A program made the translations under genes and the position numbers. DNA of 63,078 nt, counting the filler, from Corallochytrium limacisporum Hawaii (taxonomy: Eukaryota; Protista; Pluriformea): the NCBI GenBank assembly GCA_002811645.1. It is 4 parts of 4 records of this genome, joined end to end, with 100 filler letters (N's around TTAATTAATTAA, not from the genome) between each part and the next. Parts side by side here need not be neighbours in the genome. Positions count along the whole stretch, not along the records: positions 29,078 to 60,227 come from PDIP01000147.1; positions 60,328 to 61,869 come from PDIP01000109.1; positions 61,970 to 63,078 come from PDIP01000237.1; 1 more part is not named here. The stretch is one strand, 5' to 3'. Positions 58,486 through 63,078 of this stretch are shown in pieces; position 1 is the stretch's first letter; every line of letters starts with the position of its first letter. Under the pieces are notes generated by a model that was given only the letters and a program-made list of their open reading frames with translations, made no database searches and had not been told where the DNA came from.

Positions 58486-60764
58486 GGTTGCGTAATTCGA
58501 ATGGTAGGTTTAAACTCTTGGGTTGGTGATATGTACAAAAGTTAGAGGATGTGTTTCGTGGTGAGCCTATGACTAACAAGATTTCTTTAACTTTGCGCGT
58601 TGGAACTTTAGAACCCGTCCGTCGTCGCAATAAAAGAAATTGACGTGGGAGTAGACCCGTTCGCTAGCAAATGACGGAAGTGGTCCGAGAATTTGATAAT
58701 TTGCGAAAGGCATACGGTTGCTCAAGTAAGTATGCTTGTCAGTCACAAATAGCCAACGGCTATTCAAAAAAAAAACTAGCACAGATCTGTGTGACATTGG
58801 TCCCTGCGGAAAGCAGTACACCGGACACATGTAAAAATTGCAAAATGTCAGCCGAAAAAGACAATCAAGAACAAGGAAGGTTCCGAACACCAAACTTCAC
58901 AAGACCCCAAAGGCTCCGCCAAAGACTCGCCCGGCAAAACCCCCACTACCGGGCCCAGCTTCGCCATTCCCGGACACTTGTGTCTTTACCCACACGCTCG
59001 CCTGCGTGTGCGTTGTGCGTTGTGCGTGTGCGTGTGCGTGCGAGATGCCACACCGCTCCCGACTCTGCCGCTTGCTGCTGCTGCCGCCTCACCTTCCCCC
59101 GTCGTCGTCCGTTTTTAGTTTTTTCTTTAATTTTTTTGCTGGGGACCGGTGGTGCCAAGCCAGGCCAAGCCACACAGTCTCAGCAGCCAACGGCGTGTGT
59201 AGCGTGTGCGTGTGTGTCTCCAGTCCTCTCCGCTAAAAACCCCCAGTGGTCCCCCCTCCCTCCCCCTGTGCCGAGTCCGCGGGTGTGTGTGTGAAGGTCA
59301 GCAAACGTCTCTTCCCGTCTCTCGGTCTCACTGTCTCTCTCTCTGTGTCTGTACGGCCCGGGAAGAAAAAGGCCCGTTCTTTTTCTCTTGCTCGGAGGGG
59401 GTTTGCTGTCAGCGGCGCCGGGCAAAAAAGAGAGGGCCACGGGCTCCCGGGAGGCTTCTTTTCCTTTTTTTCATTTGTTCCTTCCTTCCCGAAGGAATGG
59501 GTCCCGAGGGGCACCGGGCAAGAAAAGGGGGCCGTGTTTTTGGGCATTCATTGGGTATAGAGACAGACAGAGAGAGAGAGTGTGTGGGACGCAGGGTGTG
59601 TGTGTGTGTGTGAGTGGCAAAAATTCGGAAACAAGAATTTAACAAAAAATAACCGGCCAGCCACAAAGGAAGAAAAAAAGGGAGAGAAAAAAAAGGCGAA
59701 TGAAATGAAAAGAAAAGAANNNNNNNNNNNNNNNNNNNNNNNNNNNNNNNNNNNNNNNNNNNNNNNNNNNNNNNNNNNNNNNNNNNNNNNNNNNNNNNNN
59801 NNNNNNNNNNNNNNNNNNNNNNNNNNNNNNNNNNNNNNNNNNNNNNNNNNNNNNNNNNNNNNNNNNNNNNNNNNNNNNNNNNNNNNNNNNNNNNNNNNNN
59901 NNNNNNNNNNNNNNNNNNNNNNNNNGGGGGGGGTGCACGAAATGCTCGCACGAGGCCCGGCTATATATAGACTATATATACGGGTATTTTAAATAATACC
60001 ATACTGTGATAATAGATACATATATAAATATGCAAAATAATATTATTATATACTGAATATATAAAATATAGAGGCGGGTCTGTGGGCCACGCTCCGAAGT
60101 GTTGCATTCCCCGCACTCTCTTTCGCACTCTCTCTCTCTCTCACTCTCCCTCTCTCCCCCGAAGCATATCTTTCACCCACCTCCCTTTCATTTTTAATTC
60201 AATTTTGGTTTATGTTTTTTTTGGGGGNNNNNNNNNNNNNNNNNNNNNNNNNNNNNNNNNNNNNNNNNNNNTTAATTAATTAANNNNNNNNNNNNNNNNN
60301 NNNNNNNNNNNNNNNNNNNNNNNNNNNGGGGGGGGTGTGTGTGAGGGGGAGAGGGAGGGACAGGGCCAAGACGTGGCCCTTTCTCCTACTCTTGGTTACG
60401 ACCTGAAAAAGGAAAGAAATTTTTTCCAAGACGGGCCAGCATAGTGAATGAATTGTGAGTTTTGTTGGTGTTGAGTCGATGGTCTCCTTGCTGCACGGTC
60501 ACCCCGGCCTCGTAGATCGAAGGACGTAGCAAACAGGCACCGGCACCCCCGCGCACACAGAGCACGGAACAGAAATTCACGCTTGCTCAGGACAACACTG
60601 TACATCTCAAATGAGAAGCAATTGTGATATTTAAGAGATCCAGGTACCGCAAACTGAGCGCGAATAGGCCAAGATCAGACAGCCCAAACAAAGGACGAAA
60701 GGTATAAAGAAACAAAAGCAAGCATGGTTCCGGATCCCTAAACTGTACAGTCACAACACTAGCT

Positions 60765-61529
60765 ATGTACGCCGCATTACAACAGCAGCACAGGCCTGAC
60801 ATGCTCTACAACGACGTGAACCCCACGTCGTGTGAGCTGAGGGTGGTCTGGGCTCCTGGGTGCGACTTCGGTCGATTCTCCACAGTGTTTCCGGAGAATC
60901 TGCTGGAGGGCAAGATATCAAGAGTCGACTACGATCTTATGATTACCGAGCTTAATAATATTGTAGATCAGATCATGAATGAGTATAAAAGGCATTATTC
61001 AAAGACCACCGGCAATTGGGACCAGGTCGGACCCTTAGCGTGGGGTGTGTTCCCGTTTCGATACGTGTATCGGTCAGCAGCAGAACCGGGCCATCGTCGC
61101 AGGATCGAGGCCCTTGAAGACGAACTGGACATCCTGGCTGAGGAATACAGTGCCCAGTGGAAACGGACCGCCGGTGTGAGCATTGGTATCAGCCACATTC
61201 CCATTTCTGACCGCGAACGAAAGGCACTGAAGCACATGAACAAAGGAAACCGTCGGCATGCTTGGCGCCGGTTTCAGCAGTCTGAGCCCATCGTGGTCAT
61301 CCGTGCTGAGCAGCCTCTGCACGTTTCCACTGTAGTTGCATCTACCGTACCCCCAAAGCCTGTACGACAACAGTACAGCACGACCTCCGGTGCTGCTTCC
61401 AGCACAAGCATCATGGATCGCACTACGTCCGAAACTACCACTGCTGACAGAGACGTTACGATGAGTGCGGACAGCCTAGACCATCCTCCGCCCTATGCGC
61501 CCCCGGCCTATGACAAGAGTTGGAGTTAG
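60765..61529 (+). CDS. Erf4/GOLGA7-domain-like protein with a C-terminal PPxY motif
   Basis: FSTVFPENLLEGKISRVDYDLMITELNN resembles the Erf4/GOLGA7 core F.T.FP..L.G.IS..EF...I..IN. S/T-rich tail ending PPPYAPPAY. Confidence 0.65.
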   Translation: MYAALQQQHRPDMLYNDVNPTSCELRVVWAPGCDFGRFSTVFPENLLEGKISRVDYDLMITELNNIVDQIMNEYKRHYSKTTGNWDQVGPLAWGVFPFRYVYRSAAEPGHRRRIEALEDELDILAEEYSAQWKRTAGVSIGISHIPISDRERKALKHMNKGNRRHAWRRFQQSEPIVVIRAEQPLHVSTVVASTVPPKPVRQQYSTTSGAASSTSIMDRTTSETTTADRDVTMSADSLDHPPPYAPPAYDKSWS

Positions 61530-63078
61530 AAGATGTGTCTGTGTGGTCAACCTAGACCATCCAACAACACTAACACGAACATATCAAAAACACTGCAGCA
61601 ACCCCATCATCAAGCATGCACGCAAAGACACATGTAACAACATCGCCAAACATCATCATCCATCTAGATAACATTGCCTTCATTACATTTTTTGCCCATC
61701 ATATGCTACTATCCATTTTGTTGCTACACACCTCACATTCACAAACGACTCACTGAACTGAGGTCTTGTCGAGTCCGCTCTTCCTGCCCCCCTCCCCCTG
61801 CTCTCCTTGGCCACCTCCAGCCGTCCCACCTCACTCTCTCTCCTTTGCCACCTCCAGTGCCCCCCCCCCNNNNNNNNNNNNNNNNNNNNNNNNNNNNNNN
61901 NNNNNNNNNNNNNTTAATTAATTAANNNNNNNNNNNNNNNNNNNNNNNNNNNNNNNNNNNNNNNNNNNNATACTCAAAAGAAGCCGATTTTATAAGATTC
62001 AAACGAAGCTTTCAAACCATAATGTAAATTATGCACTTTTTTATTGAACAGAGGTTGGTAGTAATCTGTAGATGCGGGGGGAGGGACGGTTTGCGGCGCA
62101 CACCCCCACCTCCGCCCAGTCACTGACCCCTATCAGTAGATTCCTGTACCCTCTAGGCTCCGATATAGGTAGCCTTCACAAGCACATGTGAGTAAATTCT
62201 GCCTGCAGATGTAAACAAAGCTAACACACCCATGTGAGTGCTTCCCAGTAGGTCCAGAACACGTTTGCGTGCCGGTTACAAATTCATGGCGGTGCTCATG
62301 ACTACCGTCGGCATGATCGCGGTATTCGCAGGGGAGGAGGAGGGCATGCTTTTGGTACTATATACACCCAATACTAGTATCCGCTCACACCAGCGCTCTG
62401 TCCTCAGGAAGGAACTACGCAATAGCACGAAGCGCGCACGGCACCAAGTGCGCATATTATACAACAGTGAATGCTGCAGTAGTTGACCAAACTATCCCCC
62501 GTTTGTTCCCTGACTTCAAACAAGTACAATCCATCAGGTCCTCCATCCTGAAAACAAAACAAAGGAGAGCGTGTAGCCAGATTCAGATTAGTATGTTTGG
62601 AGAGACTGTATCTGTCTATTTTATCACTATGAACACAGCCCGAGTGATAGAGACGGCCACAAAACTGATTCCTAGGGACCGTTAGCATTACTCTTGAAAT
62701 CGATGGCTTTTGAATCCTAGCAATGTTGTCAACAACTTCGGCGGGCCCCCATTTTGTATAACACATGGTCGCAAGAATCACCAGTACCCGACACCTGTCA
62801 GTCACATCCACCTTTGGATAAAGGCTAGGGATCCACAGTACCACCCTCTGTCTCCTAAGTATGAGACAAATCGCACGAAAACGAGAACCCCGATCACTCT
62901 TTTTAATCATGATTGAGTAATATATATTTTGATTATTATCATTATTATTAAATATCATTATACACCAAATCAATTTCAAATATTTCGTTTACGGATTGAA
63001 TAAACACTTAAGTGTACTTCAAAAAATTGAGCCTTTTCACATTAACTTGACATCGAAGATCTCGTAGTCGTCGAAAAA

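Noticed and set aside
62404-62979. 191-aa minus-strand ORF at the window end
   Set aside because: Non-ATG start in AT-rich sequence and no recognisable motif.

Overview
This is eukaryotic draft-assembly DNA with about 16 protein-coding genes, each readable as a single uninterrupted ORF. They are separated by long, microsatellite-rich intergenic tracts, five N-gaps and three artificial 100-bp NNN-TTAATTAATTAA-NNN contig linkers. Gene content (ARHGAP20-like RhoGAP, chondroitin-synthase-like glycosyltransferase, SHPRH, Tyr-motif membrane protein) plus the lack of coding introns suggests an intron-poor unicellular opisthokont or holozoan such as a Corallochytrium-like organism; this is inference. 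Recognisable genes: TenA_E-type thiamin salvage protein, Vps62-domain membrane protein, Sds22/PPP1R7, glutaredoxin, a Ser/Thr kinase, a glycosyltransferase, SHPRH, an F-box/LRR protein, a DH-PH-RA-RhoGAP protein, Tim17 and an Erf4-like protein. The most notable signal is absent from the ORF track: an apparently non-coding minus-strand transcript at about 31.0-32.7 kb built from back-to-back spliceosomal introns with (T)ACTAAC branch sites. Three of these introns each carry a box C/D snoRNA (U60/snR48-like, U24/snR24, U29/snR71-like). They are separated by a predicted zero-length exon (CAG|GTAAGT, a recursive-splice-type junction) and an 11-nt microexon. Other points of interest are a Vps62/proteolipid(M6/PLP)-like fusion, a secreted dibasic-site repeat precursor, an AWPM-19-like protein, a possibly bacteria-derived TenA and a decayed kinesin relic. 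All family assignments come from recalled motifs, not database searches.
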